In this document: piece after piece, positions 9,627-20,042 of the stretch
How the letters are laid out: every line of letters begins with the position of its first letter
How positions within the stretch are numbered: the first letter of the stretch is position 1
Source of the DNA: a virus
Length of the DNA: 64,000 nt
IMG/VR virus record: IMGVR_UViG_3300009601_000004
Location: 28,737 to 92,736 of that record
Strand: one strand, 5' to 3'
The notes under the pieces: model-generated
Database searches by the model: none
The model's input: the letters and a program-made list of their open reading frames with translations, nothing else
Told to the model about the DNA's origin: nothing
Translations under genes and position numbers: made by a program

Positions 9627-12600
9627 TCACGTTTCGCTCCAACGGGATTGACCCATACCTAGCGGGTCATCTTCGCGGAGGGCCATCCCTGGATCAGCCG
9701 TGAAGTTGACACCGGGGTATGCCTCGTTGGTGACGTTCATCCGCTCGATGAGCAGGTCGTAGATGCGCTTCGCGTCGTGCTCTGGGCACTCGACGGTGAT
9801 GGAGTCGTGGCACTGGTTGATGATGCCGGTGCCGGGACCGGCGTACCCAAACGGAATGCGCGGTACGAGGTCGGCCATGATCTTGTTCATCAGGCCCGCG
9901 CCACTCGCTTGGATGGGGAAGTTCACGAACTCATTCAGCTTCGAGGCGCGTTGGCCTGTGAAATCGCGACGGCGCCAGGTGACCGGCTCGTAGATGCAAC
10001 CGTGCGCCTTGACCAAAGCCAGCTCGCGGAGCCAACCGTCAATGAACTCCGGGCACCCCTTGAGCCAGTTTTCGTGCATGGCGCCGACCTCCATCTCCGT
10101 GAGGTCGGGGAAGAGGAGTACACCGCGCTTCTTGTCTTCGGCGGATGTGACCAAGCGGAACACCGTGTGGGTGTCCACGACCTCGACAGAGCCACCGCGG
10201 ACGGCACAACCAGCTGCGTACTGCGAGGCGTATTGAATGGCCTTAGCGAGTTTGCGCATCTTCTCGAACTCGCCACCCCGCGCGAAGTCCTTGCGGCCAA
10301 ACACGGAAGGTGCGCCGCCGAAGTTCATCATGCGAACCCGGCCGAAGACGGCTTCCATGGTCATCTGGTGCGGGTCAATGCCCTTCTCAAAGGCTTCAAG
10401 GTACCGGGCAGCTCCCCAGCGGGCGGCGGCGATGCGCAGCTCCAGCTGGTCCATGTCGGCGCCTACGAGCAGGTTGCCGGGTGCCGCGATGATCATGCCC
10501 TTGGCGAGTGCCGGCAAGTTCTGGACGTTAGGCCCGCTACTGCTGTACCGCCCGGTCACTGGGGTATGGTTGTTCCAATTCGCGTGGAGACGGCCATCTA
10601 CCCAGGTGCGGCAGGCTTTATCCAGCGCAAGGTCGCCGGTTGGGGGGCGGAAAGGCCGGACGTACGTGCCCCACATCTTCGCGTGGCGACGCACCATGCG
10701 GATGGAGTGGATGAACTTGCGCTGTAGGTCGGTGAGGTTTGGGTCAACCATGAGCTGACGCAACACGCTGTCCCCGGTGCTGATCTCACCGCTGCTCGTG
10801 TACAGCTCTTTGTTCTTCAGCTTCGTAGGGATGGGTAGTTCCCACTCATCGAATAGAACGGCGCGCAGCTGGGGGTGTGACAGGGGGTTGAAGGCTAGCG
10901 TGTCGAGACCCAGCTCTGACGCATTCGGCAGGAATCCAGCATCCCCGAACTCGTCTTTGGCGTCAGCGTCTGCCTCTTCTCGCTCATCAAGGGATGCTTC
11001 TAGCTGCCACTCGCTGTTTGCCTTGTCCGCTTTCTTGGAGCGCTTGACGATGTCCGTCACGTCCACGCCACCGGCCTGGAGCACTTGACGAAGACGCAGG
11101 GTCCACTGCGGCACCGCACCACGCGGCAACGTGACCATGCCCTGCGACCCGTCAGCGTTCCGTTTGCCATTCCGTATGGTGATCTTGCCGGGAGACGCGA
11201 GCAATAGGTCAAGGCGCTCCCGCTCGTCTTGGTCGACCTGCATCCCTTGGTAGTGCATCCCTACGCAGGCGCTCTGCATGACATGGTCCAGCGTCAGCAC
11301 GCCGGTTTGCTGGCGCTCCTTGAGCACCTCGTACATGCGTGGGACGGTGTCACCGGGCACAACATTGTCCCAGATGCAGTAGCGCCACAGCGTCTCATCC
11401 GTCCGAGCGTGTACTGCGGTGTGGTTGCCCTTCCAATCGTGGATGTCTGTCCACACACTGCCGACGGTGCCGAGGTCGTTAGGTATCTCTGGCTGTACAG
11501 AGCGCTTTACTTGGATGCCATCAAGGTGGGGCGAAGGGCTCCACCCTGACCTACACTCGGTCACGATTCGGTCGTATTGCCCGCTGTTCCAGCCTACTTT
11601 GAGTATTCCGGCGTCGGTTCCCCAGTGCTTCAGTATGCGGTCGCGCTCCGCTTGCTCGTGGGCGTCGTACAGGGGTAGCCGTGTACCATCGTCCATGGTG
11701 TACCAGTCTTCGTAGAACCCCGGCGGGTTGCTCTGAACATCGGCGATGGCTGCGCGTATGGCTTCGGACTGCACAGCGCCCTGCGACTCGTACACTTGGC
11801 GGAGCCGCACAGCCGCCTGCTGGCGCGCTTCCGTCTCGCGGCGCCACTGTACCGGGTCGTAGGGCACGATGACGCCCCATGTGGTCGTACCGATGCCAAG
11901 GCACCGCCGACGCGCAGTCATGGCACGAATGCCGTCAGTCTCCCAGTCCCAGAAGTGCGTCTTCGTGCCTAGCCAATCCAGGGGTAAGTAGTCTGGGTGG
12001 TCTCGCTGGATGAGCAGACGTTCCATATCGGCGACGCCGGGACGGTAGATCATCTTGGTGTCGAACACACGCAGTTCACCGCGCCACCACCGCCAAGCCC
12101 GGTCGAGGTCCGCCATGAACACCTCATCCCACTGGCTTTCGCGCAAGACGAAACCAGGGCTCAGCATGGGCAGGATCTGTCGACCTGGGACGCGAGAGGG
12201 GTCGAGACCTTCGGCCTTCAGGCGTTCGGGGTAGTCAAAGAACGGTCGAGGGTCCACGGCGGACAATGGCAGCTCGACTAGGCGGCCACGAGCGTTGCCA
12301 ATGCCCCCACGTAGGCCAGGGACGATGGCGCGGGCGGACACCGGACCAAACGGAATGACGTGCAGAAACGGCGCAATCTCCCGATGCATCCGGGGGGCGC
12401 AACACTCGGTCGGCGTTGGGATTGGTTGCTTGCCAGCGCTGGCGCGCTTTTTGTTGCGACGGCGCAGCTTGCTTTCATACGCGGTCACGTCGCCGCCGGG
12501 GGACATGCACGCCACCGTAGATGTCGTTGATAGGTGATGGCGAGACGTGCCCAGCCGAACGAGTGCATCGTCTAGGTAGCCACCAGTACGCCCAGCAAAA

Positions 12601-12785
12601 GGCCGGTCGGCTAACAGCTCGGACTTGCCTGGTTCCTGTGCGACTCCGACGCGGTCAGTCCCCGGAATGATCTCGGAACCACAGGGCCCATGGCCTTCGG
12701 TGCGCAGTGGGCAGATGTCGCAGCGAGCGCCTAGTGCCTGCATGTCTTCGTAGGAGGTGTGGCCGGCTGGCCTGTCTATCACCAT
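9627..12785 (-). CDS. polA: Family A DNA polymerase with N-terminal family-4 uracil-DNA glycosylase-like domain and 3'-5' exonuclease
   Basis: UDG-like CDICPL..QEPG..E..RPFAG; exonuclease DWET, NSGQYD, YCIWD; TGRYSS.GPNVQN; motif A ADMDQLELR; motif B RKLAKAIQY; motif C HDS. Confidence 0.92.
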   Translation of the reverse strand: MVIDRPAGHTSYEDMQALGARCDICPLRTEGHGPCGSEIIPGTDRVGVAQEPGKSELLADRPFAGRTGGYLDDALVRLGTSRHHLSTTSTVACMSPGGDVTAYESKLRRRNKKRASAGKQPIPTPTECCAPRMHREIAPFLHVIPFGPVSARAIVPGLRGGIGNARGRLVELPLSAVDPRPFFDYPERLKAEGLDPSRVPGRQILPMLSPGFVLRESQWDEVFMADLDRAWRWWRGELRVFDTKMIYRPGVADMERLLIQRDHPDYLPLDWLGTKTHFWDWETDGIRAMTARRRCLGIGTTTWGVIVPYDPVQWRRETEARQQAAVRLRQVYESQGAVQSEAIRAAIADVQSNPPGFYEDWYTMDDGTRLPLYDAHEQAERDRILKHWGTDAGILKVGWNSGQYDRIVTECRSGWSPSPHLDGIQVKRSVQPEIPNDLGTVGSVWTDIHDWKGNHTAVHARTDETLWRYCIWDNVVPGDTVPRMYEVLKERQQTGVLTLDHVMQSACVGMHYQGMQVDQDERERLDLLLASPGKITIRNGKRNADGSQGMVTLPRGAVPQWTLRLRQVLQAGGVDVTDIVKRSKKADKANSEWQLEASLDEREEADADAKDEFGDAGFLPNASELGLDTLAFNPLSHPQLRAVLFDEWELPIPTKLKNKELYTSSGEISTGDSVLRQLMVDPNLTDLQRKFIHSIRMVRRHAKMWGTYVRPFRPPTGDLALDKACRTWVDGRLHANWNNHTPVTGRYSSSGPNVQNLPALAKGMIIAAPGNLLVGADMDQLELRIAAARWGAARYLEAFEKGIDPHQMTMEAVFGRVRMMNFGGAPSVFGRKDFARGGEFEKMRKLAKAIQYASQYAAGCAVRGGSVEVVDTHTVFRLVTSAEDKKRGVLLFPDLTEMEVGAMHENWLKGCPEFIDGWLRELALVKAHGCIYEPVTWRRRDFTGQRASKLNEFVNFPIQASGAGLMNKIMADLVPRIPFGYAGPGTGIINQCHDSITVECPEHDAKRIYDLLIERMNVTNEAYPGVNFTADPGMALREDDPLGMGQSRWSET

Positions 12786-13133
12786 GTCGCGTAACTCCAG
12801 CCTACCCAGCTATGAGTTATACGGGGCCTTGGCACAGGGGTACCCCAGGGCATGAGCAGGGGTACAGCCCAGTCAGACCAGCAGGGTACTAGAATACCCA
12901 ACGCAGACGTCCCCCAAGCAAAGGCGGTCGGGTGGGGTGCGGGTGGGACAGGTACCCACGTCTTTGGGACAGTCCACAACATCGAGCACTCCTAGTGATG
13001 AGGGGGCACGCCACAAAGGTCCGGTCCATACTAAACGCAAGAGAGTACCCTCTCAGTAGAGAAACCCGCTGCCTGATGTGGTCAGACAGCGGGCGGGTTG
13101 TAGGCCCTCCGTGGGGACCAAGGGCCTACGAGA

Positions 13134-14012
13134 CTAGGCTACGCCGGGAGGTCCAAAGCCTGCGGGTGCGCTAGGTGCCGACGGGCCACCGGGAGGGGTC
13201 AGCCCGTTGGTACGGGCTGCGGGGGCTGCGGGACCGGCGGGTGCTGCGGGACCGGCGGGTGCTGCGGGGGGTCCAGCCGGTGCGGTTGCGACTGCGCCAC
13301 CGGGACGGGGTCCACCAACGGCCGGGGGGCCAGCAGGGGGAGCGCCAGCAGGCGGCAACATTCCAGCGGCGGCGGTCGGTGCCAGCGCGGCGCCTCCGGT
13401 CATCTTCGCCATCTTGGTGTCATAGCCCCAGCTGATGTTCTTGCCGCTGGTTGCAATCTTGTTGAACTGCTCACGGGCCTTCTCGATGCCACCGTCAGGG
13501 CCACCCGTCAAGATGGTGACGAGGGGGAAGCCGTTGTCTCCCGACTTCGGATCCTTGTAGCCCTTGGGGGGCGGGTCGAAGGTAACGAACAGCGTCTGGC
13601 CCAGGAACCAGTCGACATCGAACTGAAAATTGTCATCAAGGCTGGTCAGGAAGGCTTCCAAGGTCTTGCCCGCCGCCGCCGCGTGGTCGCCGTAGACGCC
13701 AAGGGCCAACAGGCCGCCCTTCAGCTCACGTTCACGGTACTTGTCGGCTTCAGTGTTCTTGCCGTCGGGAAAGCTCACGGTGGTGCGGATGTTTTCACCA
13801 ACACCGGCTTTGGATGCCAGCCATGAGCCGTCTTCCTGCGGCGTGAAGCAAGTAACGGCCTCACCTTCGATCTTGTCGTACTCGTACCCGGTCCCGCTCG
13901 TTTCCGAGGAGGTGGCAGTCACCAAGATTTGGTAGATGCCGCGCAAAGGGTAGCCTGAGCTGACGCCTTGTGGGCGCTCGCCTTGGAGGTTTTGAACTGT
14001 GCGTAATGCCAT
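13134..14012 (-). CDS. Putative ssDNA-binding protein with Pro/Ala/Gly-rich tail
   Basis: Lies between the Sak4-like ATPase and the polymerase; beta-rich core plus low-complexity PAAPAG tail. Function inferred from context. Confidence 0.45.
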   Translation of the reverse strand: MALRTVQNLQGERPQGVSSGYPLRGIYQILVTATSSETSGTGYEYDKIEGEAVTCFTPQEDGSWLASKAGVGENIRTTVSFPDGKNTEADKYRERELKGGLLALGVYGDHAAAAGKTLEAFLTSLDDNFQFDVDWFLGQTLFVTFDPPPKGYKDPKSGDNGFPLVTILTGGPDGGIEKAREQFNKIATSGKNISWGYDTKMAKMTGGAALAPTAAAGMLPPAGAPPAGPPAVGGPRPGGAVATAPAGPPAAPAGPAAPAGPAAPAARTNGLTPPGGPSAPSAPAGFGPPGVA

Positions 14013-14095
14013 GGGTCTTCTCGCTGTTGTCCGCTGTGAATGAATAGAGCCGGTTGGCGCGGACAGAACCGCCGGCACTTCTGCAGAATCAAAAA

Positions 14096-14302
14096 TTAAA
14101 GGATGACCAACGTGCTAGTGTCGCCATTAGTGGCCATGGTGTAAAGCGTCCCATCAGAGGTCAGGGCAAAGTCTAGCAAGCGTAGTGCCCGACGTATGGT
14201 TTCAGTGCGGGAGGCGGCGCTTAGTGAGGTTTGGCAACTTTCGAGCATCTTTATGGTTGTGCTGTCCATATCGAGTTGGACGCGTGTTTTTCCCTTTCCC
14301 AT
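14096..14302 (-). CDS. Ribbon-helix-helix DNA-binding protein
   Basis: TRVQLDM ... SRTETIRRAL pattern. Confidence 0.65.
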   Translation of the reverse strand: MGKGKTRVQLDMDSTTIKMLESCQTSLSAASRTETIRRALRLLDFALTSDGTLYTMATNGDTSTLVIL

Positions 14303-15501
14303 CAGATGAGACCTCGGAGTGCGTTGGTTTGGCGACCAGCGCGAAGACGGCCACGGTGGATGCCGTCAACTGTGGCCCACCTGACGTGAGTGTAGTGATG
14401 GCCTTGGCGTAGCAGGTACTCCGCCCAAGGCTTCGCGGCGTCGCGTTCGGGCGTGCCGTTGACGATGATAGCCTGCGCGATGTTTTCGGCTACCTCTTCC
14501 ATCCACTCTAGGCCGCTGGGGCGCGGGACATGGTAGTTGTAGCCGTGGACGCGTGCCGCTTCCCGGATGATCTCCGCCGTGTTGAGGGGGCCGTCAAACT
14601 CGGGAACAATGTCGAACCGATCACCTGTCGCGACACCAGGGTTGCCACGCTCAGCGTTGCAACGGAAGTCCCAGGGTGGGCTTGCTTGCGCCGTTTCTCC
14701 TGGCCGTAGCACCGCTGTGGGTTGTGGGCGGCCCGTGGCGTACAGGCATATGTCGGCTTCGCAGGGCAGCACGCTGACCAGCTTGCCCCAGCTTAGGTCC
14801 GGTCCCAAGGGGTACGCACCGTCTTTGTCGTGATGGTAGGCCAGCTGGGCATGAGCAGTCAGAACGCCGGGTATACCTGCCCAGCGCAGGGCCTTGCCTA
14901 CTTCGGTGACCAGTGGGCGAAGAACGCCCCACATTGCGCGGTCAGTGCCTTTCTCTGTGCCATCAGGGCGGTACTGGGTGTAGCGCTTGCGGATGGCTGC
15001 AAAGCTGTTGGCCATGAGCAGGGTCGCATCGTCGACATACACCGACGTGAACCCGTTTTCACCTGCCCAGCGAATCCAAGCGGGAAGCTCCTCAAAGGTC
15101 GAGACGTGCTGGATCTGTTGACTCACGTCGATACCTAGAACGGTCTTCGCGGTAGTAGCACCGCCAGGTTGGGTGAGGATGAGGCCACCGCCGGCCACGA
15201 AGCGCAAAGCGTCCGTAGACTTGGAGGTGTTGGTTCCGCCAAACACCACGATGAAGGGCGGGTCGTCGAGCTTGCGGTCTGCACCGCGGCCCACGTAGAG
15301 GTTTGGTGCGTTGATGGCGGCGCGGAGGTCGGCATCGAGCTGCGGGGTCACCGGAGCCTTACCCATCGCAGGGCCTGGAGCGATGACGGCCACCGTAGTG
15401 CCCGTCTGGGCTACGGCTACGGCTGGTACGGCGACTGCCGGCGCTGCGACTGCAGCGACGCCGGTAACACCGGGTCGAGGGTCTGTGGTCATGTGTGCCA
15501 T
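14302..15501 (-). CDS. Sak4-like (AAA_24-type) P-loop ATPase/recombinase
   Basis: Walker A-like GGTNTSKST, VYVDD, LTAH; adjacent to a Cas4-like nuclease and an SSB-like gene. Confidence 0.6.
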   Translation of the reverse strand: MAHMTTDPRPGVTGVAAVAAPAVAVPAVAVAQTGTTVAVIAPGPAMGKAPVTPQLDADLRAAINAPNLYVGRGADRKLDDPPFIVVFGGTNTSKSTDALRFVAGGGLILTQPGGATTAKTVLGIDVSQQIQHVSTFEELPAWIRWAGENGFTSVYVDDATLLMANSFAAIRKRYTQYRPDGTEKGTDRAMWGVLRPLVTEVGKALRWAGIPGVLTAHAQLAYHHDKDGAYPLGPDLSWGKLVSVLPCEADICLYATGRPQPTAVLRPGETAQASPPWDFRCNAERGNPGVATGDRFDIVPEFDGPLNTAEIIREAARVHGYNYHVPRPSGLEWMEEVAENIAQAIIVNGTPERDAAKPWAEYLLRQGHHYTHVRWATVDGIHRGRLRAGRQTNALRGLI

Positions 15502-15597
15502 CTCCGTGGGGGGTGAGTTTCGCCTGTCGAGGGTTGTACTGCAGAGGGTGCGGGTACGTCAAGTATTTACCTACACGATGGTGTAGGGATGCCGATC

Positions 15598-16689
15598 TTA
15601 ATTCTTGAAAGGGCCTAGCAACGGCTGTACGCCGGCCGGGATTCCGTCAGGCCCATAGTCGCAAAGGTACGCGCCGGGGCAGGGCCCATAGCGGTGCTCA
15701 CACACACCATTCTCGATCATCACTTTGGGGAAGCGATAAGGGTCCATGTCAGTGCTCACGAGCGCTTGCTCTTGCCACTCACCATAGCGAATGGTGTCGC
15801 CGAAGGTCTGCAGGCGCCAGGGCAGCACTGGAGGTGTCACACGCTCGAAGCTGAACGCATAGTCTCCTGCAGCCCCATCACGACGCTCTTTCGGGTCGTG
15901 TTTGAACGTCGCGTAGTTGGTCAGCACGCCGCCGAAGAACTGCCGGAAATGCTGCTCTCCGAGGAGCCGTAGCGCTTGGAACTGGCCTGACCTGGCGTAG
16001 CCTCGCTGCTGCCGAAGGTCGCGGCGTCCACGCGTCTTGTGGTCAGGTAGGTGGACGTAGCCCGTCCGGTCCCAGTAGCAGAGGTCTAAGCGCAATGTCA
16101 TCATGTAGCGCGTGATGGCGGGGTCGATGCTCCACCCGTCCGTGGGGACAAACAGCCGCAGTTGTTGCTCGACTGCCAGAATCTCCCAGCGCTCGTACGC
16201 TTGGAAGTGTGCGGCGTAGGCATGGACAGCGGCTTTGGCCTCGTCAACGAAATCCGCCCACCACGTAGTCTCGTCGACTTCGATCCAGGGCTTGTTGTCC
16301 TCCGCACGGGCTCCCAGCTCGATGGCACGCATGGGACTGTGAAAAACGTCTGGGTCTTCACCACGCTGCTGGGCCATGACGCGCCGGTAGTAGTGCGCCA
16401 AACCCAAGTGGTACAAGGAGCCTCGAATCAGTGGAGGTGACCGTGGGTGTCGGACGTGTGCGACACGCGGGTCGTCTTTGAGCTTCGGGTGGTACAGGTA
16501 GGCCCACAGCTGGGGGCAGCGCAGCATGGTGGACAGACGGTGCCAACCTCGTTCGGACTGGCCAGCATCCATGAGGAGCTGACCCTCGACCATTACGAAG
16601 TCGGTAAGGTCTTCGGCTGGCATCAGCTCGCGTGCCATGTCGGCAGACAAGAAACCAATGCTGTCGAGGTGTTCGGGGCGGAGGGACAT
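15598..16689 (-). CDS. PD-(D/E)XK Cas4-like exonuclease
   Basis: RCP, RGSLYH, AVE, RLD..DHKT, QF..L, C-terminal C..C..C (Fe-S ligands). Confidence 0.8.
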   Translation of the reverse strand: MSLRPEHLDSIGFLSADMARELMPAEDLTDFVMVEGQLLMDAGQSERGWHRLSTMLRCPQLWAYLYHPKLKDDPRVAHVRHPRSPPLIRGSLYHLGLAHYYRRVMAQQRGEDPDVFHSPMRAIELGARAEDNKPWIEVDETTWWADFVDEAKAAVHAYAAHFQAYERWEILAVEQQLRLFVPTDGWSIDPAITRYMMTLRLDLCYWDRTGYVHLPDHKTRGRRDLRQQRGYARSGQFQALRLLGEQHFRQFFGGVLTNYATFKHDPKERRDGAAGDYAFSFERVTPPVLPWRLQTFGDTIRYGEWQEQALVSTDMDPYRFPKVMIENGVCEHRYGPCPGAYLCDYGPDGIPAGVQPLLGPFKN

Positions 16690-16751
16690 GCCAAAATCTC
16701 CAAAGGTGGGCGGCTAGGGTGTACCGTGCAGGTGAGCCAAAAAGTGTCCGC

Positions 16752-17243
16752 CTACTCGGTGTCTGGAATAAAGCCGACGGGAGCGCTTACTTTGAGCTTA
16801 CGGTCTGCCGCTCCGCGCTCACCGGCAGGGGTCAGCACGAGGCCGTCCCAGGGGTGCAGAATGCGCTGTGTGCGAAGGAGCTTGAGTAGGTCGGTCGCTG
16901 CGTGGGCGCGCTGGCCTTGACCTAGCAGCCAGTCTATGACCTTGTTCTGGGGTTGGCCTGCGGTGCGTGAGACATGCGCGAGCAGCCGACGGGTGATGCT
17001 ACCAGGCTGTCCGGTGTACTCCACACGCTTGCGCCAGTCGGCACGTACGAGGACAACAGCCGGCTTTGCGGGCCACAGCCAACCGCGAGACCGCAGAGAG
17101 GCTGCGGCTTCCCGCAGGGTGCTGTACTCGCGGCCTGTCATCTTGCTGAGACGCTTGCCGGGGCGGCGTGCGGCTGCACGCAGCACAAGCAACTCTGTAG
17201 GTGTCAGGGCAACCTCAAGCTCTGCGGCAGGCACGGCGTTCAC
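16752..17243 (-). CDS. Hypothetical basic protein, possibly winged-helix
   Basis: LTPTELLVL..; LTPAG end motif; operon packing. Confidence 0.4.
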   Translation of the reverse strand: MNAVPAAELEVALTPTELLVLRAAARRPGKRLSKMTGREYSTLREAAASLRSRGWLWPAKPAVVLVRADWRKRVEYTGQPGSITRRLLAHVSRTAGQPQNKVIDWLLGQGQRAHAATDLLKLLRTQRILHPWDGLVLTPAGERGAADRKLKVSAPVGFIPDTE

Positions 17244-17590
17244 TGGCCGCCCGCTGCGGCAAGCAGGTCATCCATGTCCATGTTTTCGTTGGCTTGGATG
17301 TGCAACCAAGCGCTAGTCTGGCGACCCTCACACTGATTGCGGTTTTCCGCAGCGCTAATCTGCTGACGCCAGCGGAAGGAGGTCCGACGCTCCTTGCGGT
17401 TGTGGCCCTGGCGGTCTGTGCAACGGTAGAAGGTGCGCAGGCCAGCATCACGGAAGTTCGCGACGCCGACAAAGCCAACGTGTGCAAGGTCTTCTGGCCA
17501 CTCTTGTCCGTCACGGATCAGGAAGTAGCTGCCGTAGTCGGCTTCACAAGGCGGCGCGAGGTCGTCCCTTGCGGTGGTCTTTGTGCTCAT
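17240..17590 (-). CDS. Hypothetical protein
   Basis: Overlapping start/stop coupling. Confidence 0.5.
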   Translation of the reverse strand: MSTKTTARDDLAPPCEADYGSYFLIRDGQEWPEDLAHVGFVGVANFRDAGLRTFYRCTDRQGHNRKERRTSFRWRQQISAAENRNQCEGRQTSAWLHIQANENMDMDDLLAAAGGQ

Positions 17591-17906
17591 AGTAACTCTC
17601 CAGTGTCTACACGATCGTGTCGGGAGCGTTGTAGTCCGAAAGGGGTGTTGTGGTCAAGTCTCTCGATCTCTTCGATCGCAGCCACCCACAGCAAAAGATC
17701 GAGGATGCCCCGTACTCTGTGAGGCACAGTCCAGATGACGACCCGTGAGTAACTGAGAGTTTCAAACCTAATTTCCCACAAGTCGAGCAGCCGGTTGTGC
17801 GCAGAAAAGCGCGTGAAAGCTGTAGGTGCCAATACAGCGTCCGGTAGCAGCCTCTGAAGTAGTTGCAGCACCGCAGTGGGTACGTCCGCTACGGTGGCGG
17901 TCCACT

Positions 17907-20042
17907 TCATAACAACGACTCCCAGAGATCCATCTCTTCGTCTGCAGCCGGCACCAATGCGGTGGATTCGCGGATGGCCTCGAACAGTTTTTCTTGCGAT
18001 TCTGCGTCTGTGCCGCGCATGGTGTCCCGCACTTCTGCCAGCGAGCTGTTGCCCGTCGTAAGCGAGATGTCGGGTACCTTGTCGATGAGGACAGAAGCCC
18101 GCCGGTCATCCACTGTGCCGTCCGCAACGAGTATGACCACTTGGCAAGGGCGTTTCATACCTAGCCGCTGGACGCGTCTCATCCACTGGTCGAGGTCACC
18201 GGGGCTCCACGGCAAATAAACGATGCAAAGCAGGTCACTGTCCTGCAGGTCGAGCCCGGTACCCCACGCCTGCCCGGTAGCGACGAGGACTGTAGGCCCT
18301 GCGTCCGCCATGTAGGCGTCCTGCATGGCTTGCCGTTCATGGCCTTCGAGCACCTCAAACCCGCCCGCACGGACGCGACGCAGCCGTTGCGCGGGTGTCT
18401 CTAAGACGAGCTTGCCAGCCTTGTTGGTGACATGCTGGCGCTCTGTGTTCGCTAGGGCACGGACACCGCAGAGCAATCGAGCCCGTGCTAGCGGGGCGCC
18501 CGACTTATTGCCCGCACGCTCTAGTGCGTCGTACAGTTCCCAACAGTCCGCGTGCCGTCCCGTGAAGATGACGCACTTCCCTTTGATCTCGGTCGCGTCA
18601 CGCGTTGGGATTTTGCCTTGGGCCTCTACTTCCTTGTCTAGCGCGACCCTACGGCCCACGTAGTCTTCGATGAGGCCGATGGTGGCGCTGCGCTTGCGTG
18701 CGGCGGCTTCCTGCCCCTCCACTTCCGCGAGTAGTCCACGGGCACTGCGGTCCCCCTTGCCGGCTTCGCGCGCTAGGCGGCGCATCTCGGTGCGAAAGTA
18801 CGGGTCGGTCTTGTCCTGCGTCCTGCGGCTCACACGCATGACCGACAGGCGGCGCGGTGGTAGCTGGGCGTCGACCACATCTTGGGGCACGGTCGCCACA
18901 ATGTAGGACTTGCGGACCAGAAACTCCTCAGTGTTTTCCGTCCCCTTGACTTCCCAGCCAAAGTCTCCCGCCTGCGCACCACAGTAGCGCCCGTCTGACC
19001 GACCGCTTGTCTCTTCCCACCCGTTCGAGCACAGGGAGAGCTGGCCCCACCAGTCCTGTCGGCGGTCAGGCTGTGGAGTGCCCGTCATCACCAGCCGTCT
19101 TGGTGTGGTCAGAGACAGCGCGTAAGCGGCGTAGGTGCGCGTGCGCCGCCTCGGAAACTTCTGGGAGCTGTTCAGCTTACGGACGTGGTCCCAGCGCTTG
19201 TGCGACTTGGCAAAGTGCGACTCGTCGAACACGATGCTAGACCATTTGATCTTTTCGAGCGCATCGAGGACGTGCAACAGCGTGTCCCAGCCTACGACAA
19301 TGTGAGGGCGCCCGTTGGCGTAGGATTCGAAGGCCGGGTCGTACTCGCAGAAGTCGAGGTATTCGGCGAGCAGATCATCGAGTGGGACACGCTTACCGTC
19401 GCGTACTGGTGCGTGGCTTGCCGAAGGTAGCTCGCAGGGTCGCACACGGGAAAACTGGGCAATGGCCCTGGCGTACTGCGTTGTGACGCTGTTCTTCGTG
19501 ACGTGCAAGACGGGACCGGGCGGACCCAGCTCGGCAAACACGGTCGCGCTCACTGTCTTACCACCACCTGGTGGGACTTCCCACATCCCACCGCCACGCT
19601 CCAAGGCGAACCAGACGATGTAGCGCTGGAAGGGCGTAAGCACAAAGGGCCCACCGGGGCGCACAAGCCAGTTACGCAGGTGGCCATTACGCGTGATTGT
19701 CTCAACTAGCGCGGCTTCAGCCTCGTCGCCGTAGGGTCGAGGGTGGTGGATGTTGTCGGGTTCTTTCACCTTGTACGGCAGCTGCCACGCGTCGAGCGTC
19801 CGTTGGACAATCCAAGCGCTATCGTAGCTAGGACCGTACCAAGTGCCTGTCTTCTTTGCGTGAATGCCAGGGACCACGCGTAGGCTCTGGTAGACGTTGT
19901 CCAGCACTTGTTGCAGCGGGTACATCTTGCCGTCGCTCGCAGCGACCGGCCAACATCCCCCGTGGGGTCTGCAGATTACCCGGAGGGCTCGCATGTCGAG
20001 GGTGTAGCTGTACCGGGCATGGAGAGAGGATAGTGCGCTCAT
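17907..20042 (-). CDS. SF2 (SNF2-like) helicase
   Basis: PPGGGKT, DESH, MTGTP, GTGLDLQ, Q..RRVQRLG. Confidence 0.85.
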   Translation of the reverse strand: MSALSSLHARYSYTLDMRALRVICRPHGGCWPVAASDGKMYPLQQVLDNVYQSLRVVPGIHAKKTGTWYGPSYDSAWIVQRTLDAWQLPYKVKEPDNIHHPRPYGDEAEAALVETITRNGHLRNWLVRPGGPFVLTPFQRYIVWFALERGGGMWEVPPGGGKTVSATVFAELGPPGPVLHVTKNSVTTQYARAIAQFSRVRPCELPSASHAPVRDGKRVPLDDLLAEYLDFCEYDPAFESYANGRPHIVVGWDTLLHVLDALEKIKWSSIVFDESHFAKSHKRWDHVRKLNSSQKFPRRRTRTYAAYALSLTTPRRLVMTGTPQPDRRQDWWGQLSLCSNGWEETSGRSDGRYCGAQAGDFGWEVKGTENTEEFLVRKSYIVATVPQDVVDAQLPPRRLSVMRVSRRTQDKTDPYFRTEMRRLAREAGKGDRSARGLLAEVEGQEAAARKRSATIGLIEDYVGRRVALDKEVEAQGKIPTRDATEIKGKCVIFTGRHADCWELYDALERAGNKSGAPLARARLLCGVRALANTERQHVTNKAGKLVLETPAQRLRRVRAGGFEVLEGHERQAMQDAYMADAGPTVLVATGQAWGTGLDLQDSDLLCIVYLPWSPGDLDQWMRRVQRLGMKRPCQVVILVADGTVDDRRASVLIDKVPDISLTTGNSSLAEVRDTMRGTDAESQEKLFEAIRESTALVPAADEEMDLWESLL

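Noticed and set aside
10780-11860. Insertions in the polymerase as possible inteins
   Set aside because: No intein splice-junction (C...HN-C/S/T) or LAGLIDADG motifs seen
13200-13400. GC-rich tandem repeats
   Set aside because: Encode a PAAPAG low-complexity tail; ordinary linker. The same applies to the GCC run at the window end (poly-Gly)
15598-16689. Cas4-like gene as evidence for CRISPR-Cas
   Set aside because: Stand-alone nuclease in a typical phage recombination context (Sak4-like, SSB-like); no cas1/cas2 or array
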